Under the pieces are notes generated by a model. The model saw nothing but the letters and a program-made list of their open reading frames with translations, was not told the DNA's origin and searched no databases. This document shows positions 28,945 through 43,564 of a stretch of DNA of 64,000 bases, piece after piece. Origin of the DNA: the human T2T-CHM13v2.0 reference genome, Homo sapiens; the NCBI RefSeq assembly GCF_009914755.1, contig NC_060942.1, one strand, 5' to 3'. A program made the translations under genes and the position numbers. How positions within the stretch are numbered: position 1 is the first letter of the stretch; each line of letters opens with the position of its first letter.

Positions 28945-31900
28945 AGTTAAAGATACCTTCCTTCTAGGAGGAGTTGCAATTTAATTCACATTCATCCCTT
29001 AAGCAAAACAGATGAAGCTCTAATGGTGGAATTTCAGGTGTGTATCTGTGACAGGTTGACGTTTCTAGGGGGAAGTAGGAGGAAAATTAGAGCCAAGTAA
29101 CAGAGGCAGCAGGATGTAAAATAGAAATTTTACTAGGCAGTAGGAATCCTGGTTTCTAATTCCACTTTCAACTGATGAATAATTATGTGATTTTGAGCAA
29201 AAAGGCTTTTCATGTCCCAGCCACTTTCCTTACCCAGGATCTCCTCTCCTGCCCTTAAAAAGGAAGACAATAGCTGTGAAATGCTTTGAGACCTAAAAAA
29301 AAGTCATTCAAATCAAAGATTAGGAGGAAAAAAAAATTAGGCAATTCTAGAACATTCTGATAAGGTGATATCTGATATTTCTTCCCTTTTTTGATATCTG
29401 AAATATCTGATATTTCTTCCCTTTTTTTTTTTTAAATTTTTTGAGATAGGGTCTTGCTTTGTCATCCAGGCTGAAGTGCAGTGTCACCAACATAGCTTAC
29501 TCCAGCCTCTACCTCCCAGGCTCAAGCGATCCTCTTGCCTCAGCCCTCCAAGTAGCTGAGACTACAGGCATGTGCCACCACGTCTGGCTAATTTTTGTAT
29601 TTTTTGTAGAGTTGGGGTTTGCCATGTTGCCCAGGCTGGTCTCAAACACCTGGGCTCAAGCCATCCGTCTGCCTCAGCCTCCCAAACTGTTGGGCTCACA
29701 GGTGTGGGCCACCACGCCCGGCCTTTCTTCCTTTCAAAGAAGGGAAACAAAATATCTATAGGTGTAGTGACCCTATGCTCCTCAAAACCCTTAGCTTGAC
29801 AACAAGTCTATTATAGGCCCTTGGCATTTGTGCAACTGAGACACAGTCATTCCCAAGCCACCCAGAAGGTCCCCGACCTATATATTTGTTATTTTGCCTA
29901 GGCACAAATCTGAGTTACTCAGCTGCTACTAAGTGAACCTAGTGTATGTAGTGGATGGCCCAGTACCGACATCCCAGGATGGCTGGCTGTTCTTTCCTGG
30001 TTATGACAGACATAGTAACTAATAAAGTGACTTAAAACATCCTTTGTAAATAAACGCTCTGTATTCATGACGCTGGCCCTCTCAAATGTCTAAGGAGGGA
30101 CTCTCCATGAGTGACGTGTTTTACGTTAAAAGTATTTATTTGCAATCAGGGACTCTGGCCTGTGGTGACCATTTCTAGAAGCTGTCTAACATATCTTTAA
30201 ATACCGCGCCCAGAAGTGGCTTCCTTTCATGGCAGTCTCAGTTTCTGGTTCCTAGAAGTTGCTGATTCCAACAGCACCTGATGACCACAAGTCATCTGAG
30301 GGAAGCTGTGGCCAAGAATGGATAACAACCACATTTTATTCGGACACCAAAGCAAGTTGCAATCTGAATTGCAACCACACCTTGCAATGGCGCCAACACA
30401 TGCAACAGAAACAGAATTTGCACTTGGTATGTTTATTTCCATTGCTCTTAAAAATGCAAACCCACGCTAGAGCCCATGCCAAAGACAGCTGGAACAAATT
30501 GCATCACCTGGATTTTGGGGTTTGTAATAGCTAGCCTATGTTGGTGTGCAAATTGGCCAGTTGTATGCTATTTTAAACCCTTCCTGCTCCCTTTCCCATT
30601 TTGTGCCAAGGGCACACAAAGCTGCCCAGAAGGAAGGAATTCAATCAGCATCAGAAGAATGCATTGAAGTCCTGTTTCCTAAACCCCAGGGGAGAGCTGA
30701 GTGGGAGGGAAGGACCCAGCTAGCTAAGGACAGAGTCCTTTTTATGTGTCTGTTTCCCCAAGCAGAATGCTGGGCCCAACTGATGAATGTTAGTGGGAGG
30801 GAACAATGGAAGAGGGTGGCTGGATGGCAATGAGAGGCCTGGGAAGGGCCTGGGGATGAGGAGGGGGTGGAAGCACTTCCTGAGGATCCATCCAGGCCCA
30901 GAGTTTTCAGCCGCCACCTCCAGAGCTCCGCCTGCCTGCTTGGCCAGGTCCAGTTGGCCCTGGCAGAAAGTCATCACCCTGTCCTTGCCAGCACTCCATC
31001 CTTGGCTATAAGTCTTATCTGGTCAAGCTGCTCTCTGTATTGGACCCTCCTGTCAAGTATCTGGACTTCTGGGCTGATAGTCACCTTTTTTCTGTGATGT
31101 TTCTCCCTGGTCAGTCTCAGAATTAATACATTTTTCCTCTGCTAGTCCCCTCTCCTCTTCTGAAACAGCATGGAGGTTCTGTCCACTCTAAACTCACCCA
31201 GGGTTTGGGCTGGGCTGGGCCGGATGCCCTGCATGCTGATAACTCCATGTGGCCAGCCCACGCCCTGGGTTATTTGCCAACCTGCCTTCCAGTTTTGCAC
31301 AGTGCCATACCTCAGGTGCCTTCTCATGCCAGCTAGTCAGAATGGAGTGTTCTCCTATAGGACCCAGGGATAGGTTAGGGTTTGAAGTCCCTCACAAGGC
31401 CTCTAGGGTGTCAAGGCACAGGGCATCTCATGGAAGCATTGGTGTGGGATCAAGTCCATCCTAAAAAAAAGTCCTATGCTGTATTATACCTGCTAAGGGG
31501 CAAGGCTGGCCCCTCAAATAATAGGTGTCATAGGTAAGCCTCTAGTACAGTGCCACCTGCATGTTCTAGGTGCTCAGTAATGTAGAATAACAAATACTTG
31601 AGTGGCCAGGGCAGTCTGATTACTAAGAACAACCCAGAAGAGGCAGGTATTTTTTTATGAATGAAATATTTCACACCCAGAGGACTTTGTTTTACCATTG
31701 TTAATATAAACTGTGAATTTAGAGATTTTTTTTTTTTTTTGAGACAGTCTTGCTCTGTCTTCCAGGCTGGAATGCAGTGGCACGATCTCAGCTCACTGCA
31801 ATCTCCACCTCCCGGGTTCAAGCAATTCTCCTGACTCAGCTGGGATTACAGGCCTGTGCTACCATGCCCAGCTAATTTTTGTGTTTTTTAATAAAGATGG

Positions 31901-34199
31901 GGTTTCACCATGTTGGCCAGGCTGGTCTCAAACATCCTGACCTCAAGTGATCTGCCTGCCTCGGCTTCCCAAAGTGCTGGGATTACAGGCGTGAGCCACC
32001 ACCCAGCCATTTTTTTTTTTTTTTTTTTGAGACAGAGTCTTGCTCTGTCACCCAGGCTGCAGTGTGGCAAGATCTCACTATCTTACTCACTGCAAACTCT
32101 GCCTTCTGGGTTCAGGCGATTTTTATGCCTCAGCCTCCCTAGTAGCTGGGACTACAGGCATGCACCACAACACCTGGCTAATTGTTTTTTTTTTTTTTTT
32201 TTTTTTTTTTGTATTTTTTTGTATTTTTTAGTAGTGATGGGTTTCACCATGTTGGCCAGGCTGGTCTCGAACTCCTGGCCTGAAGTGATCTACCCACCTC
32301 GGCCTCCCAAAGTGCTGGGATTATAGGCATGAGCCACTGCACCCAGCCAATTTAGAGAGCTTTAAATGCTGAAAGCATTCTGAGAAGAGGTGGGTTCCAG
32401 GTTGGCACCTGGAGGTTGTTCAAACCAAATGGGCACGTGTGGGCTCAGCCTCCCCAGTTGTTACTCTGGCATCATGGCCTCCTGGTTCCCAGTTCTGGCA
32501 GCCCTGCTCAGCCCCCTTCCCCTCATCTGTAAAATCAGGTAGCTGTCCGACTTCATAGGATTGGCGGAAGGGTCAAATATAATATATGGAATTCTTTCTG
32601 GAATGAAATAAAAAGACAGCGAGGCATCTAAGTGGGAGCACCAGAAGCCTGCAGGTCTGAGGACTCAAGGAGGCGGAGAAGATTCTCTCCCTGCCTTGGG
32701 CCTTGGGATCCCTGCTGTACCTTCAGGGTTTTCCTCCATCTGTGCCTTTTTTCCTGGTCAAAACAGACTGTTATTCAAGCACAGAGCTTTTTGTTCCTCT
32801 TTATGTCTCTAAAGGCAACTGCAACTATGTAGCCTATGAAGCCCCTGAAAAATCTAAGCCCACACCCAGGCACTGATTTAAATGAAAAAGCAGTATCCAA
32901 AAGCCCAAGGAAAATGGTCCATTGCGAAGCTGGACAATTTCCTCTCCTGACACATCTTCACAGCTTCGTAGACTGTGAGAGCATGCTGTGTTCTTAAAGT
33001 GCTTACCTGCCTCAAACTAAAGCAATACCTCCAGGAGCTATGTGATACATGTAATAAACATCTTCTTGTGCACCTTTAAAAGGCTCCCAGGTGACTCTAA
33101 GGTTCAGGTGAGATTAAGCAGCACCGTCTCAAGGCTGTGTTTGCCCTTGAAACCCAGGTAGGAGGTGGACAGGTCTGGAGCACACTCCCTCAGCACTGGT
33201 TTCTGGTCCCTTTGTAGATGAGATAAAGCGACTTCTTCAAGATCTGAGTGATACAGTGACAAATCCATTGTGGAGCTTGCTGGATCAAACCAGTGTGACA
33301 TCAAAGCCCTACACAGGTCCACTGGGTTTAGCTCCAAGTGGTCTTAGCGCGCCCTTAGAACACCCTTAGAAAGTGGATCCAGATCTGGGAAAGAAGACCA
33401 AGGACTCATACTTAGGTGTCTTTCTATGTTGTTAATGGAAGAGTAAACTAAGGATGTCCCTCTAAGCCCTTTCAGGACTTAGCCAAGAGGAGTCTCCAAA
33501 GCCCCGTGAGACAGCATCCCCACAACCCTTTCTAAGGCCTGAAGGTGATGGTTCTGAAGTCCTCTGGTTCCTTCCTGGAACAAGGGTCAAATAGGAAAAC
33601 CACAGAAAAATGAGACTTCCAAGAAAAGTGCAGGCATCCTAAGTTTTCAAATAAAATCTTACTTGAAGCCTAAGAAAATGGATTCAGGCAGCTTAATTCT
33701 TGTTTGTTCCATGCACAACCTATCTTTCACCAAATAGATTCTGAGGCAACTTGATGGGGCTGCTGGTAATAGGCACTGTCTGAGGTGGGAAGTGCAGCAG
33801 GCCCGGGCCTGGGTGACTGTAAAGCAGGCCCTCAGGACACAGTGGTCTGGCTGCCTGGCAGCAAGATCTCTAGAGAAAACCTGGGAAGTGCAAGAGACAG
33901 CTTTGTAAAGGGGTCCTCGGGCTTAGGAACCCCGACTGTGGCATTTCAATTGGAATGTGAGGAAGCAGCACCCAGCAGGGGTGAAGAACATGCACATCAG
34001 AATGGCCGAATGCCATTCTTTGTCTCATTGTGTAACCCTGGGCAAGTTCATTCATCTCTGAGATGGGGCTCTCATCTGTAGGAGGGGGTACTACTTCCCT
34101 CATAGAGTTTAAGGATTAAGTGTCATTGTATATGAAACATTTAGGAGCATGCTTAACTCAAGTACTCAACCTAGAACTTGCTTAAGCCTTGGACTGGCT

Positions 34200-34245
34200 A
34201 ATGAGGGTTTGGCTTTCAATGTCAGAAGGCATTTGTGATGGTCAC

Positions 34246-34298
<53 letters not shown>

Positions 34299-34425
34299 AC
34301 TGACATCTAGTGGGTGGAGGCCAGGGATGCTGGTAAACACCCCATAGTGCACAGGACAGCCTCCTACCCCCCAACAAATTATTCACCCCAAAATGTCAAT
34401 AGTACTAAGGTTGAGTACCCCTGAG
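34200..34425. mobile_element. MER20 containing a (TG)n microsatellite
   Basis: tactgacatctagtgggtggaggccagggatgctggtaaaca..tgcacaggacagcc..aaaatgtcaatagtactaaggttgag. Confidence 0.82.
34249..34294. repeat. (TG)23 perfect microsatellite
   Basis: Counted directly. Confidence 0.97.
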
Positions 34426-34732
34426 CTAAAGGGAGAAGTTGAGGTTAGCCCACCCATACAAGGGGAGGTGGGTAGGAAACAGGCTTACAAGTGTCGGATC
34501 TGGCAGCAACTTTAAACTCCTGCAGCCGTCCCCGGAAGCAGAACCAACCCTCTTCTCAATTGGTACACTTTTAGCAGCTATAAGTCAAGGGTATGTTAGA
34601 GACACTGGGATCAGAATGAAGACTCATAGGTCAGTGGACTGATTTAAATAGCCTTTTGGAAAGATGTGAAAAAGCAATAGAAAATGGGCCAGAACAGAAA
34701 AGAAGCTAGGGGTTGAAATGTGGTCCAGGTCA

Positions 34733-34957
<225 letters not shown>

Positions 34958-37900
34958 TCAAAAAAAAGCAAAAGCAAAAACAAAAAAACAAATGTGGTCC
35001 AGGAAGAAAAAAAAAAAGCATCACATAGTAATAAAATATGAGGTCCATCCCCCATTCTTGATTTTTCTCTCTAGGACAAGGCAAACTACATACTCAGAAC
35101 TACAAACACTTAAGTCAATGGATTTGCATTATTCTAGAAAAAGACCAATCCTTCAAAAAGTCAACAAAGTTATCTGGCTGGGCCACTATCTGCTCATGCT
35201 ATGGCGTCAAAGATGAAACTAAAAGTAAAAATTCTGACTCCACCAAAGCTTTGACTGATTTTGACATTTCATTTGCTTGGCAAGGCAAGTGCTCACTGGA
35301 TCAACAAATCGATTCTGAAACAATTATTTGTGCCTTAACTAGCTCAAGCTCTTCATGATCATGACAGTCTGAGGATATGAATTAATCCTATCATTAAAAA
35401 GGGCCACTGAAATATTTTGATTGGCATGCCCAGTTAAATAAAAAATGCTCACATTTGCAAGCAACTGAGGCATTTTCCATGGAATCTTCTGAAAATGCCT
35501 TTAGACTTGGGAATTTTTACCTTAAGCCTGTTACTTATTTTTTACTCTTTATTAATTTTTACTCTTAAGCCTCAGCTTTATTCTCTGAAAAATGGAGATA
35601 ATACTTCCACCTCTAGGGCTATGGTAAAGATTATGTGAAACTATGCACCTGAGTTCACTTTGTACTAACTGGGCCACACAACTAAAGGTAGTGCTTCAAA
35701 CCCCAAAGGCTTTTCACTTTTACTTTACACTGCTCTTCCAGAGCACTTCAACAGTATTTTCAGGGTCATGCTGGATTTTTAAAAGAATCAGAACAAGAGG
35801 ATGCTACCTATGAAAGTAAATTATGTACTTCACAGCAAGCATTTCTATGCCTTAGTTTCATACTTAGGTTTCAGGCAGTTCTCAGAGGCAATTATTTCCA
35901 TTTTACAGATAAGGAAAATGAGATGCAAAATATTAATCTGCAAAATATGGGATTAAGTACCCTCTGACAAAGCCAGAAAATAAGGGAACTTGAAATGGAA
36001 GCCCAAGTTGGAGACTACAGTGAAATTCTACAACTCCCATGCCTTGACACCTTTGTAGGGCTAGCCCAGGAGCAGTTTCTAGGTGTAATGACCAGGATTT
36101 GGAAAGCATAGGAAATGACTGAAAAATCAGATGTACTCTAAAAGGTGACACACTAAATTCCCTTCATTGGTCTACTTGGATTTTAAGACCCCAGGGGGAG
36201 AGAGGTGTGGAGTCCTGATTCTATCTTTTCTCGGGAAGGGGTGGCACCTAAGGGTGTCTAAGTAGTGGTGACGGTGGAAGGGATGGCAGAAGGATGCTAT
36301 TCCTGGGGAAAGTTAAAAAGATAAGGGCACCATCTAAAGTAATAGGAACATCAAAAAAGCTTGCCTACTAGCAAAGAAAAGGGACCATTTCTGAAATCCT
36401 TGACCACAAATACAATCTTCAACATAAGGATGCATTTTTGAAAAAGCACTTGGAATCACCTGCTTAGGAAAACATAAAAGACGACTGACTCAAGAGTTCT
36501 CACAAGTTTCTAGTCATGAGAATAAGATCTTTTCATTGGATTATGTGTGGTTCAAGAAAAGCCACTGGGAACAGTCCAAGAGAAGCAGATTTTGGAGTTT
36601 GCTTTCTCAAATTCAAATGAGATGGCAGCTCTCAGAATATGAATTCTGAGAACCTTCACCCATCCACTGATGACACAAACTTAGAAAGATCTGCCTAGCC
36701 TCTAGATAACTAGAGCTTCCAGGATTTTTTAAAAAACATCCTAAGTAGGCTGGGCACAGTGGCTCATGTTTGTAATCCTAGCACTCTGGGAGGCCGAAGC
36801 TGGAGGATCGCTTGAGGCCAGCCTGGGCAACACAGTCTATCTGTCCAGTATTTCTCTGTTGTTTTAAATGGTCTTTCAGAAAATTTTACTTCAACAATAC
36901 TAATAATTTTTCAATAGGTATTGCTATTTATTAACTCTATGATCACATTCTCTTGTCACCTAATAAACCTGGCTAATTTACACATGTTGGGCATTAGCCA
37001 AATCCACAAATTATCAAGTATTCCCTCAATCCTTTTTGAAATTTTAGCTTTCTAGAGACAGGGTCTCCCTGTTACCCAGGCTGCTCTTGAACTCCTGGGC
37101 TGAAGTGATCCTCCAGCCTCGGCCTTCCGAAGTGCTGGGATTATAGGCATCAATCAGCCACTGCACCTAGCCCTAGTTTTATCGTTAAGGTATAATGCCT
37201 AGCACTTCATATCTGACTCAAGTAGACTTGAAACCACTACCCATTCATGTCCCTTGTGATACTTTGGTAATTTCCCTGAAATTGCAGAAACAGATCATGT
37301 CAAAAGTTCCACTCAGTGTTTCTGATCTTGAAAATGTCATGAAACAGATATAAAAGCCTTAATGCTTTAATATAGGGGAATATCTACATTTTATTTCCAA
37401 ATTTTAAGTAATTACACTCAGTTTCAGGATTAAATCAGAAACCCTCAGATTTTCCATTTTGAATACAGGCAAACTATTGCTGACTTATCCAAGAAGATTC
37501 TAATTTAGAAGAACCACCATCTGACTTACTTTATGGTACAGGTCATGTTTGTATCCTTAAGTTTTGTGCAGCCCTGAAGATGGTGTGACTGATTTGTCCC
37601 ATCCTCATGCTCCATATTAATATATGCAGTAAATTATGCATAACACTGCTAGCAGCTTTGGGTAAACTGAAATGTTACTGGTAGGAATTGAGCAGATTTA
37701 TATAATCTTGATTCTCATTTACTGCCTCTTCTTAAACTAGCAAGCCTCTTCTTACTAAGCCAGTTCTTTTCAGTTTTTGTTTTAAACTCAGCTGAATACT
37801 GTAGTTCCTTCTTAAAACTTCCACATTACAAAAGGAAAGTACTTACGCACATGCTTTTAGAGATTGAAGATTTATCATTTAAAACACATTCAAAGGCAGC

Positions 37901-40324
37901 AGGAAGTCTATTTTTACAGCTCATTTAGTAATCAAGTTACAAATATCCCCATTTTCCATGAGACTAATGAGGATCTAAACTCACCCCAAGGGCTTAGAAA
38001 TGTGTGGTTTCTCTTCAGCCATTTTCCCTCCCAATTCCAATCTCTGACCAGTGAACTCCATTTACTATTTAAAATATCTAATCACTTATCCTCCTTATGA
38101 AGTTTTCCTGACTGGTGTACAAATGCTATCCTTTAAAATGCAGATAAATGAATATGGAGGCAGTAGAAAATCTCAATGGCGGGAACATTTCTTTCACAAT
38201 TTTCAATTATTCCATACAATCAGCTGAAGAAACTTAATAGGAAGAGTTACTCTGATATACCCGAGGGGGAAGGTATGCCACTTTAAAGAGAACAGCTATT
38301 TTAAATCTTTACTAAATTGAATCTCCTCCTGAGGCATCTCAATGTCCTTCCCTGTATTTCATCAGGGCTCCACTGCCCATAGTTACTTCGATTAGTCACT
38401 AAGAGCAAATGGTTAAGTTACGAGATAGCCAGAAAAGAGAATATTACTGCTACCATTAAATTACGTTGTAGAAGTATACTGACTAGGAAAAGATGTTCAC
38501 AGTGTATTATAAACAAACATCCCCAATCTCCATTATTTATAAAAAGTTTTAGAATGAGAAAAGTAGAAATTTAAGGGATAGAAGGGGCAGGTAGCAGACT
38601 GAGAACGAGTGTCTGGTTTTGGGCTAACAGATTCACTGAATAATCTGTAAAAACACATTTACTACCCCTATTTTATACCTGTTTTTTATTATTCTAGCCT
38701 CCATTCTTGCTAAGTCTACTTTGCAAAGGGATTCCTTTGATATAAAGTCTTTTACAGGAAGAATTATAGAACACTACAATAACTGAGCAGCTAGCCAAAC
38801 CTGTTTTCAGTTTAGCATCCACCTTTCCAGGTTGTGAAAATGGAATAAGGTAAAGGTCTCACAATAGGTTTGCCTAATTCTTGGTTATTCACATTGCAGA
38901 TTATCCAGTGTGGTATGGCTACTTCGTGTAACATAGGCCCACAGATTTCCTGAGGTCTCTCTTCCCCAGTACTTAAGTAAACAAGAAAAACAACACAGGC
39001 ACACAGGGAAAGGCAGATCCAGACTTAGAACCAAAGTTAAGTGCTTATCAGTTTTGCTAACATTGGTTCCATACAAGTTTTGGCTTACTCTGGGACAAGG
39101 AAAGCTTCTAAAATAGAGATTATTTTCAAGGCCCCCTGAAAGATTTTGACCAAGCATTAGGTAAAAGTTAATTCACAAGTCATCCAATCTAAACAGGAAT
39201 TGTACAAATACTGTAACATATCCAAATAATTAGACTACTAATACTTCCGGAGGCTAATCCTAAAGTTGACAAAGTAATTCTGCCCAACAATTCTAGAACG
39301 ATGATCTTGCCCATCATTGAATCTATGTTTGCAAGGCTACCACAGCCTAAGAATTTGTCCAAAACCCACAATGAAGCCTTGGTATGGATATGTGATACCT
39401 CTAAGTATTAAGAATAAATAGAGCCAGGGCACAGTGGCTCACGCCTATTAATCCCAGCACTTTGGGAGGCCAAGGTGGGCGGATTACTTAAGGTCAGGAA
39501 TTCGAGACCAGCCTGGTCAACATGGTGAAACCCCGTCTCTACTAAAAATACAAAAATTGTTAGTTGGGTGTGGTGGCGTGTGCTTGTAATCCCAGCTACT
39601 CGGGAGGCTGATTTGAACCTGAGGGGCAGAGGCTGCAGTAAGCCGAGATCGAGCTACTGCACTCCAGGCCAGGTGACAGAACGAGACTCCATCTCAAGAA
39701 AAAAAAAAAAAAAGAAGAATTTCAGTTTCTTTAAAATGATCTTTCTTAGAAATGTCTTTATTCTCGCTTTCAAAAAAAAAGTCAATGATTTATTCCAATC
39801 TGTATCAAATCAATTTCATAAATGGAGAAATATTTTTGTCAATTTTTCAGAAGGTAGTTTTTACTGAAAGGTAAACTGGTGCTTTTGTATTAGAAAAGAA
39901 CTTGTTTTACAGATTTGGTGATAAAAAGACAAAAATCCATAAACAAAGGATGCAAACCAAGTAGAATTTAAGTTGAATTCAGGATTTCAAGTAATAATGT
40001 ATAAAAAAAGTCATTAACTATTTACAATTAGATCAGTAGTGGTTTGTGGTCAACTACACAAATATGCAACTAAATCTACAACCAGCCAAATTTCCAGTTT
40101 ACTGTAATTTAACACTCATTTAAAGAAAAAACTAAACTTGGACAGGAACATAAGCGACACATTCAAAACCAAGAGCACACACACACAAAATAACTACAAG
40201 AGTGAGCACAGATAGCTGGTTGGGGAATAGGGAGTCTATAAAAGAAAATTTTCGATTCTGTTAACTAATCTTCTAGTATAAACTGATGATTATATGAAAA
40301 ACACCAAGGAGAATACATTCAAGT

Positions 40325-42118
40325 TAATGGAAACAAGTCTTTATTAAGTAACTTTTAATATCAGAAAAATAAAACTCTTATAATTCTCTTTACAGCAAAT
40401 ATATAATATCAGTGCTTTGGCCATCTTAAGTTAAAGGCCCTTTATCATAAAATATATGGTTTTAAATTTTACTCAAATTGAATTTATAATCCCTATGACT
40501 TCCCTACATATACATAACAAAAGAGTGTAGTAAAATTAGCAAATACTAAACTATATTGATAATTTATCATTCTTAGTTTGTGGTTTTTAGAAACAGTACA
40601 CGCACCTAATATATGTCGATTCCTTGGCTTATTAGTTGCAGTGTACAATGCAACAAAATACAAAATACATGCTTGGTGAACATTCGTTCATATCTACAAG
40701 ACGGCAGCTAGAGATTAGGTTTCAATACTGACCATTTACTATCCTACAAGCAATTAGCATTACATCATAATATGCCATCAAGGCAACTTTTTTTATACTG
40801 AAAAAATCAAAATAAAAACCGTTATTTGTAAACTTTTATACGAAATGTAACTCTTCAAGTGGAAATAAAAAATAAAATTTGTCTATTTACTATTGAATAC
40901 ACATAGGATTTCAATTTTCATTATACCGAGAAAAAAGCTCTTTTGTGTTGGGAAAATAATGCTTCAAAAAATAATTAGTAGAAAAACCCACTAGTATAAT
41001 GTTTTGTCCTTTCAATGCCAGCACAGATTTGGGAACATACTGAGGATGAAGTTACAGACATCCACAGGTGAAATGTACGAGTATATTTTAAATAAATCTT
41101 TCCTTGTGATTGGAAATAGTTTTGAAATGAAGTAAACTGATTGGAGGTTGTCACAGCTGCTTTTGTGAATTATGCCAAGGGCATCATTATCCCTTTCTCC
41201 CTCCTCCCTCCCCTAAATTACTAAAAAATAAAAATATATTTATAATGTGCAAGACAAATATGGATTGAACATAAAATGTTTCACATTTTGATCTATAGTC
41301 TAAAAATTAACAGCTCGATCACACTAATGAATGGAATGTTTGCATCCTCAATTATCAGCCAATATAGGTGCCATCCCAAAGCCCTTCCTGATATGGGAAA
41401 ACCCAGGTGGCCATTTCCACATTCACCAAGAGAGGCAATGGGCAGGAATTCACAATTGCATTCCTGATCCACTGATCATACCAGCCTTGAGCACTCTGGG
41501 CGAGATGAAAGTTGATGTAGCAGTTTTTGTCCCAAATTATAACCAGTGATCTAGTAAACTGCCATCAGCCCTATCATTACCAATAAGTAATCACAATGCA
41601 TTAAAAAGTTACTTGCAATCCTGCAGAATTAGGCATATGTTGTTGTAAAATAAAAAACAAACCTGTTTTGTCAAAACTGGCAGTGTAAAGAAGGCAGCAC
41701 TGGAAGTGTATGAATCGTCTGTAATGCCAAGTACCCTCCATAAACTCTTAAAGTGGTTAGGCTTTGGGACCCATTGTTTTGAAATCTTAGACGTATACAC
41801 TTTTTCATAGGCTCACACAACCTATGATTATCTTCACTCAGCCAAGTTGAACTTCAGCTTTAGCAATTCTTATATAAACTATGTCTCTGGGTCTACAGGA
41901 TAGTACTAATAATTCAAACCAAACTAATAGACAAGAGACCACTTAGGTTTAGTGTTACCATAGCAGCCTTTTATAAGTTTACTAACAACTTTAGCCTAAT
42001 CCCAATAAAGCCTGATAACAGTCATAAGAAATCATTAGGAAGTTTACTGGGGGGTACCATTATACCCATGCCTTTACGAGTCCATATAGAGATATAGTAT
42101 TTATGTATATATATATAG
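40325..42118 (-). other. MEX3C: MEX3C 3'UTR (~1.8 kb, AT-rich, no recognisable repeats)
   Basis: Repeat-free AT-rich stretch from the stop codon to the AATAAA signal; the 3' end is estimated ~15 nt past the hexamer. Confidence 0.8.
40340..40345 (-). terminator. Polyadenylation signal AATAAA of MEX3C
   Basis: TTTATT on the plus strand at the end of the UTR-like block; T/GT-rich sequence lies downstream on the minus strand. Confidence 0.75.
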
Positions 42119-43344
42119 TTAAGAGTGAATTTGGATTGCCTGAGTAACAGCTGTCTGGCAAACTGGACATGATGGCGTTCTCTTTTCACAGATCTTGTTG
42201 GCACATTCCATGCAGAAGAGGTTGTGGCCACATGGAACTAGGGCAGCAATAACCTCATTCTCAAAGCAAATCACACAGTCGTGCTTTCGTCTTGATTCTG
42301 GAGGTGAGCTAGAGGTGGAACCACCATTGGAAGAGGAGTAACTATTGGTACCATTAGAAAAAGCAGGGATATATATTGGAAGGCCAACATGGTTGCCTGT
42401 ACTAGGTGGGTCGCTCCTAACCCTCCGAGCAAGTGGATGTTCTATGCTCTCAGGAAATGTAGGAGACAGACGAGGAGTAGATGGCTGACTTCCTCTGCGC
42501 TGAGTCTTCATGTTACCAGAAGGATCACTCCCAAAGCCAGAGAGTGGGTTAACTGGTTCAAATGGAGTCCAGATAGTTTGAGCAGATGTTGGTAAAGAGT
42601 CAAAGGCAGGAGAGTCAACTGCTAGGTCTTCTGAGCCTACAGATGGTAGTGTATCTCCAAACCAGAAGTTTCCTGTGCTAAATGGGCTTGTTGGACTAAA
42701 GTCAGCCAGCCTATTGCTTCCAAAGTAGGAATCTGTAGAGCCACTTCCTAGAGAACTGGAACTATCATTTCGATAATTGGATATCATTCTTGCGCGGCTA
42801 GGAGGAACAGGATTGGAGGAGAGCCACGCAGAGCCAAGAGTGCCACCTTCAAAGCTTACATCGGTACCATTGTAATGGAAATCATTCTCTTCATTGAGCT
42901 CTATATAGTTTCCTGTACGCATGGCAATATGCATTTCTATTTCTTCCCGTGCTCGGTCAACATTTTCAGGCATCCCTGTCACTTCAAAGACAGGTTCCTT
43001 ATCTCTGCTCGGAGTTACTATGTAGGTGTGGGTCTGCTGCTGAATTCTTTTAATAGTTGCTCCTTTGGGTCCAACCACTAATCCTACCACACGATAAGGG
43101 ACCCTGACTTGGACGGTGGTTTGACCGGGCAGATTAGGACTACATGATAATCCTCCCAGGGCAGGCCCATTTTTGTTTCGAGATGCACGAATCATGGAGA
43201 AGTGCTCTGCAGCTGAGAGGATCTCTCTTTTGGCCATGGCAACATCTTCTTTCCTTCCAGTGACAACAAAAATGGGCTCTTCACCACGAACAGGAGTCTT
43301 GATATACGTGTTTGTCTTGGCTCTCAGTGCTTTAATTTTACAAC
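42119..43344 (-). CDS. MEX3C: MEX3C coding exon 2 (rest of KH1, KH2, Ser-rich linker, C3HC4 RING)
   Basis: Acceptor ...ttctaacag|GT at 43345/43344. G+GT restores [21 protein letters not shown] (KH1 GxxG). KH2 [60 protein letters not shown], stop TAA at 42121-42119. 745+1226=1971 nt = 656 aa + stop. Confidence 0.98.
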
Positions 43345-43564
43345 CTGTTAGAAAGAAAACATTTCATAAGAATCAACATCTACTTCAATGATATATATAA
43401 AGACAAATCACAGAATGCACCTTTTAAGCTAAATATCTGGTTATGGGTTAAGTTTTAGAGTTTTTCACATAGCTAGGAAGTGGCAGAGCCAGAAGTAAAC
43501 CTAGTTTGACTTAAAATCTGTGGTCTTTTTGCTAGTCCAAGAACCTCGATTTTCACAATTATCT

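Noticed and set aside
37200-39400. Repeat-poor stretch downstream of the MEX3C poly(A) site as an extended UTR or lncRNA
   Set aside because: No splice, ORF or structural evidence; AATAAA-like hexamers are expected by chance in AT-rich DNA.
40691-40698. Pumilio-like element UGUAGAUA in the 3'UTR
   Set aside because: Single match with the disfavoured G at position 5; not distinguishable from chance.
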